A model generated the notes under the pieces. The model was not told the DNA's origin. It worked only from the letters and a program-made list of their open reading frames with translations, and did not search any database. A stretch of DNA of 63,487 nt, filler included, from Salisapilia sapeloensis CBS 127946 (taxonomy: Eukaryota > Protista > Oomycota), in assembly GCA_023334545.1 (NCBI GenBank). It is 11 parts of 11 records of this genome, joined end to end, with 100 filler letters (N's around TTAATTAATTAA, not from the genome) between each part and the next. Parts side by side here need not be neighbours in the genome. Positions count along the whole stretch, not along the records: positions 26,222 to 34,044 come from JAADVB010000507.1; positions 34,145 to 37,081 come from JAADVB010000811.1; positions 37,182 to 56,485 come from JAADVB010000310.1; 8 more parts are not named here. The stretch is one strand, 5' to 3'. How positions within the stretch are numbered: the first letter of the stretch is position 1; each line of letters opens with the position of its first letter. The position numbers and the translations under genes were made by a program. Below, piece after piece: positions 26,542-39,209 of the stretch.

Positions 26542-26931
26542 CATACGTCCGTTGTTCAAAGAATGGTATGTCCCTTAGTTGACGCGAAGTAGCTTCCTGG
26601 GTGTAAATTGAATCATAAAACGAGGTATCTCCGTTTAGCTTAGACTTTAATGATCTCACATATGGCGATCTATTGTGCTAGCAAATGAATGGAGACTCTT
26701 TTAATACCTCACATGCTTTGGTGACGGAATCCATCTGTGTTAAAACATTGATGGAAATCTTCCAATGCAATGCTTATTTCAAGTCGTATCACTACGTCTC
26801 ACGACTTCACAATCGCTGATAGATCTGGGTGATCAAGTGGCTCTACACGATACTCATCGTGTATTGCTAATTGACCCCAAACTTTACCAGAAATAGTTAA
26901 TAATTCCTTGATAATTTCGTATTTTTAGCTG

Positions 26932-27052
26932 ATGTAACATAATTTTAATTTATGCTCGAAATTATGTAACATTTTTTTAGTTTCTCAAATTGTATAACAT
27001 TTTTTTAATATAAATTTGAAAATGTAACATTCTTTTTATTTCCCCTAAATTT
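26932..27052. repeat. Degenerate AT-rich tandem array, 4 units of about 30 bp, core (TG)TAACAT-Tn...AAATT
   Basis: Cores at about 26932, 26964, 26994, 27022. Confidence 0.65.
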
Positions 27053-27305
27053 AAATATAAATATCAGATACAAGTTTCCTGCGCACGAACAACTTTTCAG
27101 TGTACTAACAAATTGCTATTCGAAATCTACCTATTTATATGCCATTCATGTTTGTTATTGCGTTGCATACACATAATTGCATTTGGGGTCTTATGAAGTA
27201 TCATTTAACCGTTAAGAATAATATTGAGTGGACACTAAATCTTTGATACATTTCAAAACACCTGACTACGAGTTCAATCTCAGACGACGAAACGCAATCG
27301 GAAGA

Positions 27306-28465
27306 ATGAGCGACCGGTCTTCCTCCGCTGCGGACCTCCTACTCTACATGACCCATCAGTTGTTGCAGGATCGATGGACGCCTTTGTTTACACTACCTAG
27401 TGATAACTATCATGGTGCGTCATCACTCGAGCTCTTTCAGCACGAGCTGGAATACGCTTTACCAACTTCAAGTGAGAATATTCTCGTCCGAGGCATTTCT
27501 GTCTGCGGCGGAACAAAGCTTTTTGTGCATTTCGTACGCGAAAATCAGTCTACTCGCCTAGCGCTAAGGTATATATATATATTGACCTATTTGCTCCTTA
27601 AGATGTTGCTAAACGTAGATCAACGTTCTTCGATTGTTTCATTTAGAGTATCCGACTATGTGAGTAAGCGCGTTGACAATGTAGACGCATCAGTGGGTAC
27701 TTTTAAAATCGAGTACAAATGCGGGTGGCGCTGCAACAAAGAAGTGCTACAGTGGAGGTAATTGACAAGTTCAGGATGAAAACTTTGTAAAATGCCTACT
27801 AACACATACCCGAAGACTGGACCGTGAACTATTTCCTCAGTTTAATCCTACACAGCCAGAAGAAAGTCACAAGCAAGATGCCGAACTATCTAGGCTGTCA
27901 TCTAGCCTATTGGATCGCATTTCTCTCTTTCTTCGAGGACACGAGTTCGCTCGTCTAACGCAAACAAACAAGGTGTCGTCAATTTCTATCATATACAAAG
28001 AGGCTTATGTCACGAATCAAATGCATAGACTCTCCACGAACTAGACTCAAACAACTTCCTTTGGGACCATTTTCTTCACTCTGGTACGTCTCCTTATAAT
28101 TCGCTCGAATTTAAGACTAGCTACGGCATATTTAAGTCCAATTTACAGAGTTCCCCTTCCGTTGGGCAAGTACCTCGACTCTCCAGAAAGAGCAATACAA
28201 AAGTTGCTACAAACTTGCCAAGCGGGAGAAAGCAGAAGCGTATCGAGAAGCACAGCGTTGGCGACAGCTCATGTACAATGACCCACCAATACCTCTTGGT
28301 CTTACCGCTCGTATGCCACTTCGGTCAGGTCTCCGAATCTGGCCCAACAACTATAACTTGAGCCGAGTTGATGATGATGATGACTTGCATCTATCGTTTG
28401 AGCGGCACTTACGTCAAATGAACCCTCGCCACCTGGTCGAGTACGATATGCTCAATCAGTTTTGA
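27306..28465 (+). CDS. Putative multi-exon F-box-like protein
   Basis: ATG 27306; introns 27569-27646 and 27758-27815 lead into ELSRLSSSLLDRISLFLRGHEFARLTQTNK (F-box-like); 3' exons not resolved. Confidence 0.45.
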
Positions 28466-29567
28466 ACAGACTTAAGTCTTAAGCAATGGACAAATAGTAC
28501 GTTTCGTCCTAGCACTTCCATTCTTATCAACATCGATACTTGCTCTATCGCATTACATTAATCATTTATCTCTAGCTTGGTCTCTATACGTATTCGAATA
28601 CCGATTGCTCCGTTTCAACATCTTCGCGATACTATTGAGTAGTCCATTCACAAGCAACTCAATGCTTAATATGACTCGTGGTCATTGCCATCTCCAACAT
28701 CCCAAAAACACTTCTGGGCATTCTTTCGGGTCATAAATGGAGACTAGGAACTGATTTCGTGAAATGGATTCGACCTTACTTATCTTCCCGTCGATCCAAC
28801 GTACCGGTCGAGCCTCTCGTGCGTCTTCTTTCCACACAGCCTGAGTACTAGCGCTAGTGTACATATTGATCGGCATGTTTACTCTTTCCGAATGACTGAT
28901 TTGGCAACCAACATTATCGTGGACTCGAAGGTCGGCTTTTAAGTTTCTGGACGGCCTTCACGATCCAACATGAAAACCATCTTCGCTCACTTGTCTGTCG
29001 ACACCAGAGAGCGATATCGTTTCCAACCACTTAGTTTATCAGAATCGAGGTCAGAGCATATAATGTAGGCTTTCGCTCATGACGGGCGACACCTGTACAT
29101 GAATGAGATTCCCTCAACAGTTCATATCAATCCCCATTAGGTATAGATAATGACGCTATGAAATAGACCGTAGCTCAACGAAAGGTAGCTAAGGGATGCC
29201 GAAACCAATTGAAAAAGATAGGGCATTCATCCAACTTACTTGAAACGAGCTATAGAGGTGGGAAAGGTGGGCAACTCGCCAATCTGAGAACTTTGGACAT
29301 GAGATGGATGCCAATTACAAAATGCGCGTCCGTCTAAAGGAGACTAGTGTAGACTTGATACGCATAGCCATGATATTGCTACAGATGGACAATTCAACGA
29401 TTCGTATGGGTAGCATTTCCGACTAGAGTACTGCAAGAGTGACCAGAAGCGATTTTAAATTGTCATACCAGATTTTTGCAATAAAACGGCAGGATGTCCA
29501 AGTGTCGATTGCTTCGTTCTATCTAATTATAGCAGGATGGTATACCAGCTCAACTTGCTAACTTAAA

Positions 29568-30857
29568 ATGACGAGATGGGAAGAAGCAACTCATAATAAC
29601 CACCGCAGTCTTGGTGATGCACTGCCTGCTTCGCTAGGAGTAGCTACTGCAAATTTGCAGTATCCTGGAGAGCGACGCTGGACAAAGTCAACTCTGAACA
29701 GCCAGAATTCAATGTCACGCTCATTTATACCATGCAAATCTTTCCGTCATTTTCTGGATGCGGATGCTGCCTCGCCTCCATTTCTCATTTGCGCCGGGAA
29801 AAGTTACAGTGCCAGCAATCAGGAGACCTCTCTCAATGATGAAGCATTGTGTGGCTCGTTCCAAGATACTAAAGAGGAAATTGGAGAGGCAAAGGGTGCC
29901 CGAGTCATTGATAAACATCGGTGTGATGAAGAAGTTTTTGATAAACTTTTAAATAGATTCCGACAGTATATTTCGTCCGAAGCATCGCTAACGGACGGGC
30001 ACGCGGTAGCACAGAGAAGATTGCGTCGGGCTGATAGTTGTGGGGCCAGTCATTCCGCTCCTATACTGCATCAAAGCTCGAAGACTGAGTCTTCTTCCTC
30101 GCTATATATCCGCAAGCATCTTCAGAATGAAGTAGAGCGAGTCGAAAATCCTGTTGGCACTACTTCATCCTCTCGGATGAAGAAAGTAGCGTCGTTAGTA
30201 AGCGTCAGTATGACACGCCTCACCGCGCCTCAATACTCTTCGACTTCATCTACGACCCAGGTTGATGAAACTCATCTGGATTGCATCAACGGAAATGGGG
30301 ACGATGCAAACAGACCCAATTTTCCCACTTTTACATGCATCGGTGAGCTAGATCCGGTTCTGATTCGTTCATATGGTACCGTACTACCTGTTGCTCCTCA
30401 GGGGCCTCGCAAGCAGGTTTCTAGTCTACGTCTGACGCCGGAAGCTCGACAATTGCCACAAAAGCAACAACGACAAGTTTCATCAGCATCGAGAATACGA
30501 TCGGAATCTTCTTTTCAGTCTAAAGGCAAGGTTACGGTTTCTCAAGTGACTCAACGTCAAAACAAAGTGTGCATTCGTGTCAAAATACCCTCCGTACATT
30601 TCTGCGCCGATGAGGATATCGACCATGATGAAGCTACCACCATAGGTTTCTTGGAAAGCAAGCAACTGAATTCCAGTCGCTCTAACCAAAGCGTCCAGTC
30701 TTTATCTGCAGCCTCGGATACTTATACCAAGAACCCAAGTAAGGCGTCTAGAAGTAGTACACGAAACAAATGTCGGCCTGGTAGTGCTTCCAATGCAATC
30801 CGAAGCAAGGCAAAGTTTAGAAAACCTAGGCCTGGAGGGTCGTCAGCGCGCTCTTAA
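29568..30857 (+). CDS. Ser-rich hypothetical protein
   Basis: 429-aa ATG-initiated ORF; no family recognised. Confidence 0.65.
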   Translation: MTRWEEATHNNHRSLGDALPASLGVATANLQYPGERRWTKSTLNSQNSMSRSFIPCKSFRHFLDADAASPPFLICAGKSYSASNQETSLNDEALCGSFQDTKEEIGEAKGARVIDKHRCDEEVFDKLLNRFRQYISSEASLTDGHAVAQRRLRRADSCGASHSAPILHQSSKTESSSSLYIRKHLQNEVERVENPVGTTSSSRMKKVASLVSVSMTRLTAPQYSSTSSTTQVDETHLDCINGNGDDANRPNFPTFTCIGELDPVLIRSYGTVLPVAPQGPRKQVSSLRLTPEARQLPQKQQRQVSSASRIRSESSFQSKGKVTVSQVTQRQNKVCIRVKIPSVHFCADEDIDHDEATTIGFLESKQLNSSRSNQSVQSLSAASDTYTKNPSKASRSSTRNKCRPGSASNAIRSKAKFRKPRPGGSSARS

Positions 30858-31030
30858 CGTGAAGGCGAGTCGGGAATGCAAGGTGCTTGCAGTCAATTTC
30901 TTTCATGAGCTTTAAACCGATAAGATGAAAATCGGAACTTTCATGTGAATAAATGGATTGTTGCTAGTTTAAATTCAAATACGAAGCTTCTTCTCTACTG
31001 CTCCTACCAAGTAGACTATCGTGTAGATTC

Positions 31031-34000
31031 TTATTCGATTTCTCTGTTGTTGATCAAGTCGGCGTCCAAGTGTATAGTGTGGTTGACGTCATCCATACTA
31101 GAAGCAAATTTACTGGGTGAAGACATTGCCTTCGAGCGATCCTGATTTTCATCGTCGGCTGCATCAATGCCTTTACTTGACGACTTTCCGTTGTCGGATT
31201 TACCCGCAGATCCTTTACTAGCTGTCGTCAGTTGGACGTCGAAAGCGCACTTTACATTCGAATTGTTGTGAAGGAACGCCACACCAAACGCTTTCTCAGC
31301 GGCTCGAAGAAGAACCTCTACCTGCTGATACAGACCAGCATCTTCCTCCGACACAGATAGATTCTGGAGACTGCTTTCTTCTGTCCCTGCTGACATCATA
31401 CTCGATGTGTTCAAGAAGTTCGTTATCGCTCCCTTCGGATCGACGTATTCCAGCAGCCAAGGCTTGATCCATGCCATTTCCTTCTTCATGTCAGGGCCGT
31501 TCTGGATCACGTACCGCGCAGTGCTCGACTCGTTTCCCTTTATGATAGCATACTCCAGCAGACGGAAGGTGTACTCATGATGCACCGCGTGATTACGATA
31601 GTATGCAGCTGCTTCAAATATGCCGTGCGACGGAGAGAAGACGTGCTCATGTACTTCGGTAACGTCAGGAGCATCGGATGGCTCTGACGTACTTCCTGTC
31701 TTACCTCCATTCTTTACTTCTTCCGTGCTGCTTCGTTCCTCCGGTTCAAGAACTGCATTGAGCACCAAGAAGATTTGGTCAAGGTGTTGTGTCTTCACAT
31801 CGTCCATAATAGCCATCAACAAGGATACGAGCGTCGCTCTCTGATTCCTGCTACCATGCGCAGCCACTGCCACAAGAACAGGCATCAGAGCTTGATCAAG
31901 GCCGAATTTGAACATGTTGTAGAGCGTTGCCTGATTCAGCACTACTTTGGTGTCAATCCAGTCCAAGATCGTTTCGCACCCATCTGGAATGGCTGCCTTT
32001 GACTCTTTATCTCCTAAAGCAGAGGATGGTTCATGCAAGAGTACTTCATTAAGTACAGCAACTTCGAATGCAGCCGTGGGAGACCCAGATTCTCTTTCCA
32101 TTGAACGATAGTCACTTCTCTCTTCTTCCAGCGACTTCGCAGGATGAATCGGGTAGTGGTACCCTCTACCATCATTTTCTCCCTCTTCGTCCACATTTTG
32201 AAGCTCGATCAGCACACGATTAACAATGTCTACATTGCGCACGAGTACAGATCTCAACGTGGATTGATACTTGCTGGACTGGCCTTGCGCTTGAGGCGAG
32301 CAGATGATATTTTCTAGGAAATTCCCAATATGCATGACGCTTTCATGAACGACTCTTTCGCTGACGCGTACAATGTTACCGGAGGTCATATCCATCATAC
32401 GGGCTTCGTTACCAGTATAGAAAAGATCAAGCAGTCTCGTCATAAACATGCAGACCGTTGACACCGCAGTCGACTCAGACTCGTCATCGCTGTTGGTCTC
32501 TCCAGCCGATTGTTCCGCATTAATGCTCTCAATTAGAGTTACAAAAGCTGTGCGCAAGAGCTTAAAGCACATTTCCGTCAACACTCGATCATCGCTCTCC
32601 ACGAGTAAGACGTCAGCAAGCCACGATCTCGTGACTGTCGAGCACTCAGCATCACTTAGCTCCAATGCAGCTGCAGGTGAGATTTCGGATGGGGATGACA
32701 CTATTCGTTGCAGCAACCACTCACTCCATTCTCGACGCTGGTTGTCGAGTACATTCCACGAGTGCACCCATGCGTAAACCTTTTCCAGCACTGATACTCG
32801 GTCAATGACCGAATCTTTTGGACGCAGGACACTGACACCAAACATATAGCTGCATACTAACTGACACACTTTTGTGCTCGCTGGAGGAATTCCGTTCCCA
32901 ACATCTACAGCGATACCGCTGCTAGATTCAGAGGGGACTGACCGATTCACGAGAGAGCGCAAAAAGTCAGCGTGTATTGGATCGAAGCTGTTTACGATTT
33001 GTTGGAATCGCAAGTTCTCGGCCATCGTTTGCTTCGCGTACTTCTGCACATTCTGTCCACCGGATTCAAGTGCGCTTTCGATTGCAGCTGAACCAGTCTT
33101 CACGTTCTGTCTTTCCCAGCTGCGTTGCTCGTAAATTAACATGTACGCACTGCGTCGCTTCATCTGTACAGTCGTCTCTAGTTCTTTCGTCTTTTGGTTC
33201 CAGCTACGCACATGTTCTTCACCACCAAAGCACTCCTCACCAAGAGTGTCAATATCGAAAGCGCGCACGACATCATCGTTAAACTCGAGCCATTCACCCT
33301 GCGCCCCTGATCTGTCCTTGATGAAGGAATAGTAATGACCGACATCCGAGCTACCCGAGTGCACAACGACTCCTACCAAATCGTACATGTCACTCTTTCC
33401 TGCATTCTCCTCATCTGAAGAGGACAGTCCTTCGCTTGTGTACGGATACATGTCAATCTCATCCGGGAAAGACAAATACTCGTTGATTTTCATCCGCTCC
33501 ATCGTCTCAAAGTCAAACTCAAATCGTTTGAGATGGAATACTAGCGTGTGAGGCAGTTTCTTGACGCAAATGCGTTTGGAAGCAGAAACCTTGCGCTGCT
33601 CCGCTTCGCAAAAGTAGGCGTTCTCTCCATCCAGCTTTTCGCTCTCGACGTACGAAGCAAGTGAATCCTCCATGCGCTGATGGTGAGCCACATCCAAGCT
33701 AAGCGCATAAAACTTTTCTTCGCGCTCAGACACATTACCTTGTTCAGTAATCACTTGTGTCACCAATTGTCCTCCAAAGCAGTCCGACAAAAACGTACTC
33801 GCTGAATTCGGACCGTCGTTGGCTTTGTTCACGCACGTTTCCAACCGATCAAGTAGGAGGCAAAAGAATTCGTCCGCGTCCATTTGGGTACGTAAATCCG
33901 TCCGATTGCCTTCCACATCCGTGTGAGATAGTGCAAACTCCGAAGGGTCATAGGCCCGATATGTCGTTAAAGCTAGTGAGACAAAGAGTTTCTGAAGCTG

Positions 34001-34044
34001 CTCCACTTCTTCCCTGGTGGTCCCTGACACATCCAGCTGCACGA
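31031..34044 (-). CDS. Ubiquitin carboxyl-terminal hydrolase (peptidase C19, USP9/24/34-like), 5' truncated by gap
   Basis: QMDADEFF, LPHTLVFHLKRF, His box YDLVGVVVHSGSSDVGHYYSFIK, WLEFNDDVV, AYMLIYEQ; Cys box lost in gap. Confidence 0.92.
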
Positions 34045-34144
34045 NNNNNNNNNNNNNNNNNNNNNNNNNNNNNNNNNNNNNNNNNNNNTTAATTAATTAA
34101 NNNNNNNNNNNNNNNNNNNNNNNNNNNNNNNNNNNNNNNNNNNN
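34045..34144. other. Assembly spacer
   Basis: Same 100-bp N/linker structure. Confidence 0.99.
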
Positions 34145-34285
34145 GGGCCGCCATGACTGTTTCTAAAGTCGGCAAATGCTTCGTCGTCCGCAGCATCCCT
34201 CACAAGGAAGATGGAAACCCGTAGAGCTGTCACAGATATCCACCTCCGTTGGAAATACATATCGCCCTATACATCATCCGTGTTG
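34145..34285 (+). repeat. 141-bp inverted repeat arm B-left (reverse complement of 36941-37081)
   Basis: Base-by-base reverse-complement match, mismatch immediately beyond. Confidence 0.95.
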
Positions 34286-34927
34286 GTTGGTAAGGCAAAG
34301 CCCAAACAATATTTGTAGCGAAGTGATGTGGTATCAAGTAGGAGCGTCATTTTTGAGGGGAACAATGGCAGGTGCAGGTTTATATTCAGCGTGTAGAGTT
34401 GTGAGTCTGAAAGTTCCATCCATCATACCACTTCAGTCAATTTACACCTTCGAAGTTAGATCCTGGCGTGTTGTGAGCAACGCACTTGTATCGCCCATAA
34501 GCAAGCCATATACATTCAACTACCATACTAAAGTCAAAGTCGCAAAAACACCGCTTGGGTTACAGCCTATTCATGCTGTACTTTGTTCACCGATTCTGCA
34601 CGTGCATAAAAATACTTTTGCAGTTTAAACGCTCACTCTTGAATTGGCAAGCTTTCCTTTTTATGGCAAAAATAGAAAAGTGAACAACTAAGTATTTAGA
34701 TACTCTTGCGTTGACTCGAGTATCAACTACTGATCAGTCGTTGTCAGCATAGAAATATTAATCAGATCGGAGTCCCATGCTGCTTTTAAGCATTGACCTT
34801 GTCAGTATAGTAAGAGTGAATCGAGCAATGCAAGATAGTAAATGCGCACTACTACGCGCAAGAAAAAGGAAATGGACAGTGTATTATTTGGTCCCATTGT
34901 CCTGCGTATAAACTTCCTGCGTGAAGT

Positions 34928-36058
34928 CTAGTAGCCGAGTTCCCAATTCACCTTGTATTGGAGCTTCTCTCCATTCAGGTAAGCATTCAAGTTCGACACG
35001 AAAACTTCTGCAGAGTCTTCGGGGAAACTCATACCGGACACGTGCGGAGTCAAGTGCACATTTGGGTGATCCCACAGCTTGCTGTCTTCCGGAAGAGGTT
35101 CTTGTTCGAAGACATCCAACACTGCTTGAGAGAACCAGCCGTTATCTAGTGCATCGATAACCGTCTGCTCCGCAATCACGTCTCCCCGACCGACGTTCAA
35201 GAACACTGGCTTCTTCTCCGCGCACACTGGAAGGTTTGACGCGTTCAGCAAGTGATGCGTGTCGTTCGTGCTGGGAAGCACGCTAATGATAAAGTCCGAA
35301 GTCTTCAGCACCTCGTCCAGGTCTGTCGTGATCTTGTCCGAGCAGTGCGACAGCGATGCACCACCGTCTGCCGGCATGTGATGCTTGAAGCCGGTAACCT
35401 TGAACTCAGCGTCCTTGAACAGCTTTCCCATAGCTTGACCGATGTCGCCAAAGCCGAGGATGCCAACTCGCAACGATCGGAAACGACGGTAGTGTAGGGG
35501 AGCTTTCGCGTACTCGTGCTTTTGCTGGAACTCCTTGGCTTTAGTGAACTTTCGCTCGATGGAGATGATGTAGCCAAAGACGTACTGCGCCAACGCCATG
35601 GGCATGACACCACCTGCACGCGTGGCGGTGAAGTTTGGAATAGTAGACTCCCCTCGCTCTTTCATGATCTCTAGCGTACGGTAGTAAGCATCGACACCGG
35701 CGTACGTGTTCTGCACCCACTTTACGTTGTCAAAGAGATGATGCTGGTTAGACTCTAGAGCTTGCTTCGTGTTGACCATAATTGGGGCAGATACATGAGC
35801 ATCCATGACAATGATCTCAGCGTTTTCAATGAGCTCTTTTTGACTATCTGAAATATCCCAGTGGACGGCATCCATGTTCGGACTGGGTTTGAAAGGAACC
35901 TGTGGTCCAGGAACTTGTTCGATCTCCAGTTTGTTGGAGCGATAGAGGTCGGAGGCTGGACCTTCACCATCTTGTAGACTAGTTTTGATGCATTCCGAAA
36001 GATTGGAGAAGACAGACACGACTGGAACGCGGCGCGTCGAGGAAGATGAGGTCGCCAT
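34928..36058 (-). CDS. D-isomer-specific 2-hydroxyacid dehydrogenase (GhrA-like)
   Basis: GILGFGDIG Rossmann motif, VLPST..T..L, FLNVGRG, AVLDVFEQEPLP, LTPHVSG; 376 aa, intronless. Confidence 0.93.
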   Translation of the reverse strand: MATSSSSTRRVPVVSVFSNLSECIKTSLQDGEGPASDLYRSNKLEIEQVPGPQVPFKPSPNMDAVHWDISDSQKELIENAEIIVMDAHVSAPIMVNTKQALESNQHHLFDNVKWVQNTYAGVDAYYRTLEIMKERGESTIPNFTATRAGGVMPMALAQYVFGYIISIERKFTKAKEFQQKHEYAKAPLHYRRFRSLRVGILGFGDIGQAMGKLFKDAEFKVTGFKHHMPADGGASLSHCSDKITTDLDEVLKTSDFIISVLPSTNDTHHLLNASNLPVCAEKKPVFLNVGRGDVIAEQTVIDALDNGWFSQAVLDVFEQEPLPEDSKLWDHPNVHLTPHVSGMSFPEDSAEVFVSNLNAYLNGEKLQYKVNWELGY

Positions 36059-36940
36059 TGCCGATTTAGGAGGAATTGTTCGAATGATGCAAATTTGGTG
36101 TTTGGTATCGAGTATCAGACGTATTTATACTTGATTTGTGTAGGGATAGATTGGAGTGTTTAGCTAATCTTTCCAACACGTGGGTTACTATTGGCTCTGA
36201 AGGCTGTTAAAAGTTGCAAAATGTCATACTTTTGGTTTAAAATACGCGAACATAACACTCATAAGAAGGAAAATGCCAAAAGAGAAGGACAGTGTGGTAT
36301 CCACAGCCAGGTTTCCGGTAATGTAAATTTTTCGGATACGCTGCAAGTGAGAGACTACGTACATACAACACTGGAAGCGATTTGGAGTTAGATGATCGTT
36401 CAAATCTAAGGAGAAGTCATACGTGCATGAAGAAGACAATGCCTGTGAAGAATAGGATCTAACCTGATAAGGTTAACACTACGAACCTACATAGCAGCAC
36501 TATGATTCATAGCTTTATCGTCTATGCAGAGCAGGACAACTCGCGTAGATGCATGAGAGCACTTCTTTGCATGAGCTAGCAGCATCAATGGACCAAACTA
36601 CAAATGATCTACTAGAATAGAAAATGGCACGCTTCATTTCCCCGCTTTATTCACTAGTCTAGCGTCTTCGCGATCTGTTTAACACAAGATAGCTCATTCG
36701 CATTTAACTATATCAACGAAGAGACTGTACACTAAGGAAACACATACAATGATTAAGAATACGCCTTCGTAATTAGAAATAGGTTATGAAGCTTTGCTTC
36801 GAGCATATCGTTCCTGTTTACTATTGATGTTTCTGTCATCGCATTATCAGTAGTTACGGGTGATCAAATGGGCTGCACCATCTTGTACATTAATTCTAGA
36901 TGCAAATCACTCTTAGAAATTCATCCTTGAAAATAAAACA

Positions 36941-37081
36941 CAACACGGATGATGTATAGGGCGATATGTATTTCCAACGGAGGTGGATATCTGTGACAGC
37001 TCTACGGGTTTCCATCTTCCTTGTGAGGGATGCTGCGGACGACGAAGCATTTGCCGACTTTAGAAACAGTCATGGCGGCCC
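36941..37081 (-). repeat. 141-bp inverted repeat arm B-right
   Basis: Reverse complement of 34145-34285. Confidence 0.95.
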
Positions 37082-37181
37082 NNNNNNNNNNNNNNNNNNN
37101 NNNNNNNNNNNNNNNNNNNNNNNNNTTAATTAATTAANNNNNNNNNNNNNNNNNNNNNNNNNNNNNNNNNNNNNNNNNNNN
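37082..37181. other. Assembly spacer
   Basis: Same 100-bp N/linker structure. Confidence 0.99.
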
Positions 37182-37351
37182 CGTTACTTTAGGCTAGGTT
37201 GCTATCTTTTCTTTTGTTACTGTCTTTCTGGTTTGGTGCATGTTTAGATGACCTACTGCCTTGTCTGATATAAGATATACGTAGTACTTGTAGTCAGAAA
37301 GGATGTGTAAGTAGGGAGGATCGAAAGGACCAAATAAAATCACTTCTAGTT

Positions 37352-37861
37352 TTATTGAGCTTCCCCTATCGCACGTGTAAGCCAAACCCACGGGTAATAC
37401 GAGTCCCGTGACATCACTGCTCGTCCTTTTATGTGCACGTTGAGCTGACTCCACAGTGTTTTAATAATCTCTTGGAAGATATTACCACTGGCTATTGTCT
37501 CGCCTAAGAACTGAGTAGACAAGTCGTGCTGGCCGACGGTGAACTTAAAAAACGGCTGTACCTGAAGCCGATGATGGTGTTTTACCTGAGGCCGCTGATA
37601 ATAATGTTGTTGGGAGCTGACTGGAACTGGCGTTGAAGGACTAGTCCGTGTCTGTGCCATTAGTTGCGAGACGGCTGGACAGTTGGCACCAGGACATGGC
37701 GTGACAACGTGAGATCGAAGCCAAGGAGTCGATTGCGCAGGTGTCTTCCGCGCTTGCAGAGACGGTTGTTGGATCGCGCGCGTGCAGATGTGCACTGACG
37801 CTTCATGGCGTCTGCTCCTGCGACGTGTTTGTTGTTGATTGGTCTTTATTATGCTGCACAT
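37352..37861 (-). pseudogene. Possible transposon-associated hypothetical relic
   Basis: 169-aa ORF inside a TE-rich block; only a vague resemblance to repeated oomycete hypotheticals. Confidence 0.25.
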
Positions 37862-38425
37862 GAAGACGTTCTGCTGTGGGAATTGTCTCTTCGTCTATGA
37901 CAGCGCGGGAAACACCAATAAAAACAAATTGAACGTGCTTTCACAACTTTCCTACTACTAGATAAATACAAATATGAAGTAAGAGAGGTTTGAGCGATTT
38001 GCGCGCGATTTCTTCGTGGCAATAGAACCAATTGCGCACAGAAGTTTAAAGTAGAAAACCCAATAGGATTCCAAAGAGTTTAACACACTAATTACAAACC
38101 TTAAAAGAGCAAACTGACGATTTACTAAAACTGAGCTCACGCTAATTCTTAGAATCCCCAATTCAGCTAAAACTGATTTCCATTTCTGAGACGGCCCAAG
38201 AAGGGAACCCGGTACCAGAATCATACCAAACATTTGGGAACCGCAAATGTGAGCATTTGCAAGATTCGTTCATGGAAAACAGCTCCTTTAAACTTGAGTT
38301 TAGTATGTAATGCCAGGAGTTTCTTTCATGCAAAATTTCAGACTGACAACAACTTGGGCAAAATAAATAAAACTTGATTTGCATGGCGTCGGCAATCTCT
38401 CTGATGAAAAGTAGACGAGATTTGA

Positions 38426-39162
38426 ATGCGCAAGCAGTCTCTGCACACTACGCACGGGCATCTGCTTCTCAATAGACCTTCTGCTCCCCCGTGTATGACA
38501 GTACGCACGTCTCCACCGCCGTCAAAGACGCAATTGCCGGCTTCATTCAGAAAGACGGAGTCATTTTTCCCCGCACAGCCAACGAACGGTCTCTATTATT
38601 TGACTACAGAATTCGGATTTAGCGGGCTGGGGAAAATGGACCAGAGGTTGGCTGGATTTGTCTTGCAAATGCGGCTTGTCGACGAGCACGAGTCTTTCGC
38701 CGCATCATTCAGAATCGTACATCAAAAGCTACGGATCATTTGCGAACGGAACATGGCCTTACTTCACCCAAGACGACTCAACAGCAAGCTTTTAAACCCA
38801 GCATTGTCGACCTTGCGTCAAAGATTCGAGATTCAGCTTTGTATCGTGAAGATTCGATGCGATGCACATTTTTGATTATAACGCGAAACATTGTTAACAA
38901 CTGTCTACCGAATGTGTTTGCTGGGTAGGAAGAAATAATGTTGCTCACAAGATTGCTATGGAAGTAAACAATGAAGATGTTTAAAGCGAGAGATGTCACG
39001 CATTCAATGCTGAAAATGTGTGATATTACAAGAAAAGAGGTTGCCCAGCGACTCGAAGATGCCAAGACGCCCGGGTTGACCTCATTCACGATAATGTTCG
39101 ACTTTCCTACTTGTAAAACGAAGCACACGATGTTTTTTGAAGCTGCGTGTCTATTTCATTGA
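38426..39162 (+). pseudogene. Degenerate hAT-like DDE transposase fragment
   Basis: Frameshifted pieces ATDHLRTEHG, LYRED..., NNCLP, FTIMFDFPTCKT (resembles the D.WT first catalytic Asp of hAT transposases); in-frame stops. Confidence 0.6.
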
Positions 39163-39209
39163 TGCAGAGTAGAATTTTTAATCCATTTTACTTGACACTC
39201 GTCATTTCC

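Noticed and set aside
28682-29100. Possible minus-strand gene relic
   Set aside because: Multiple stops in all frames, no motif.
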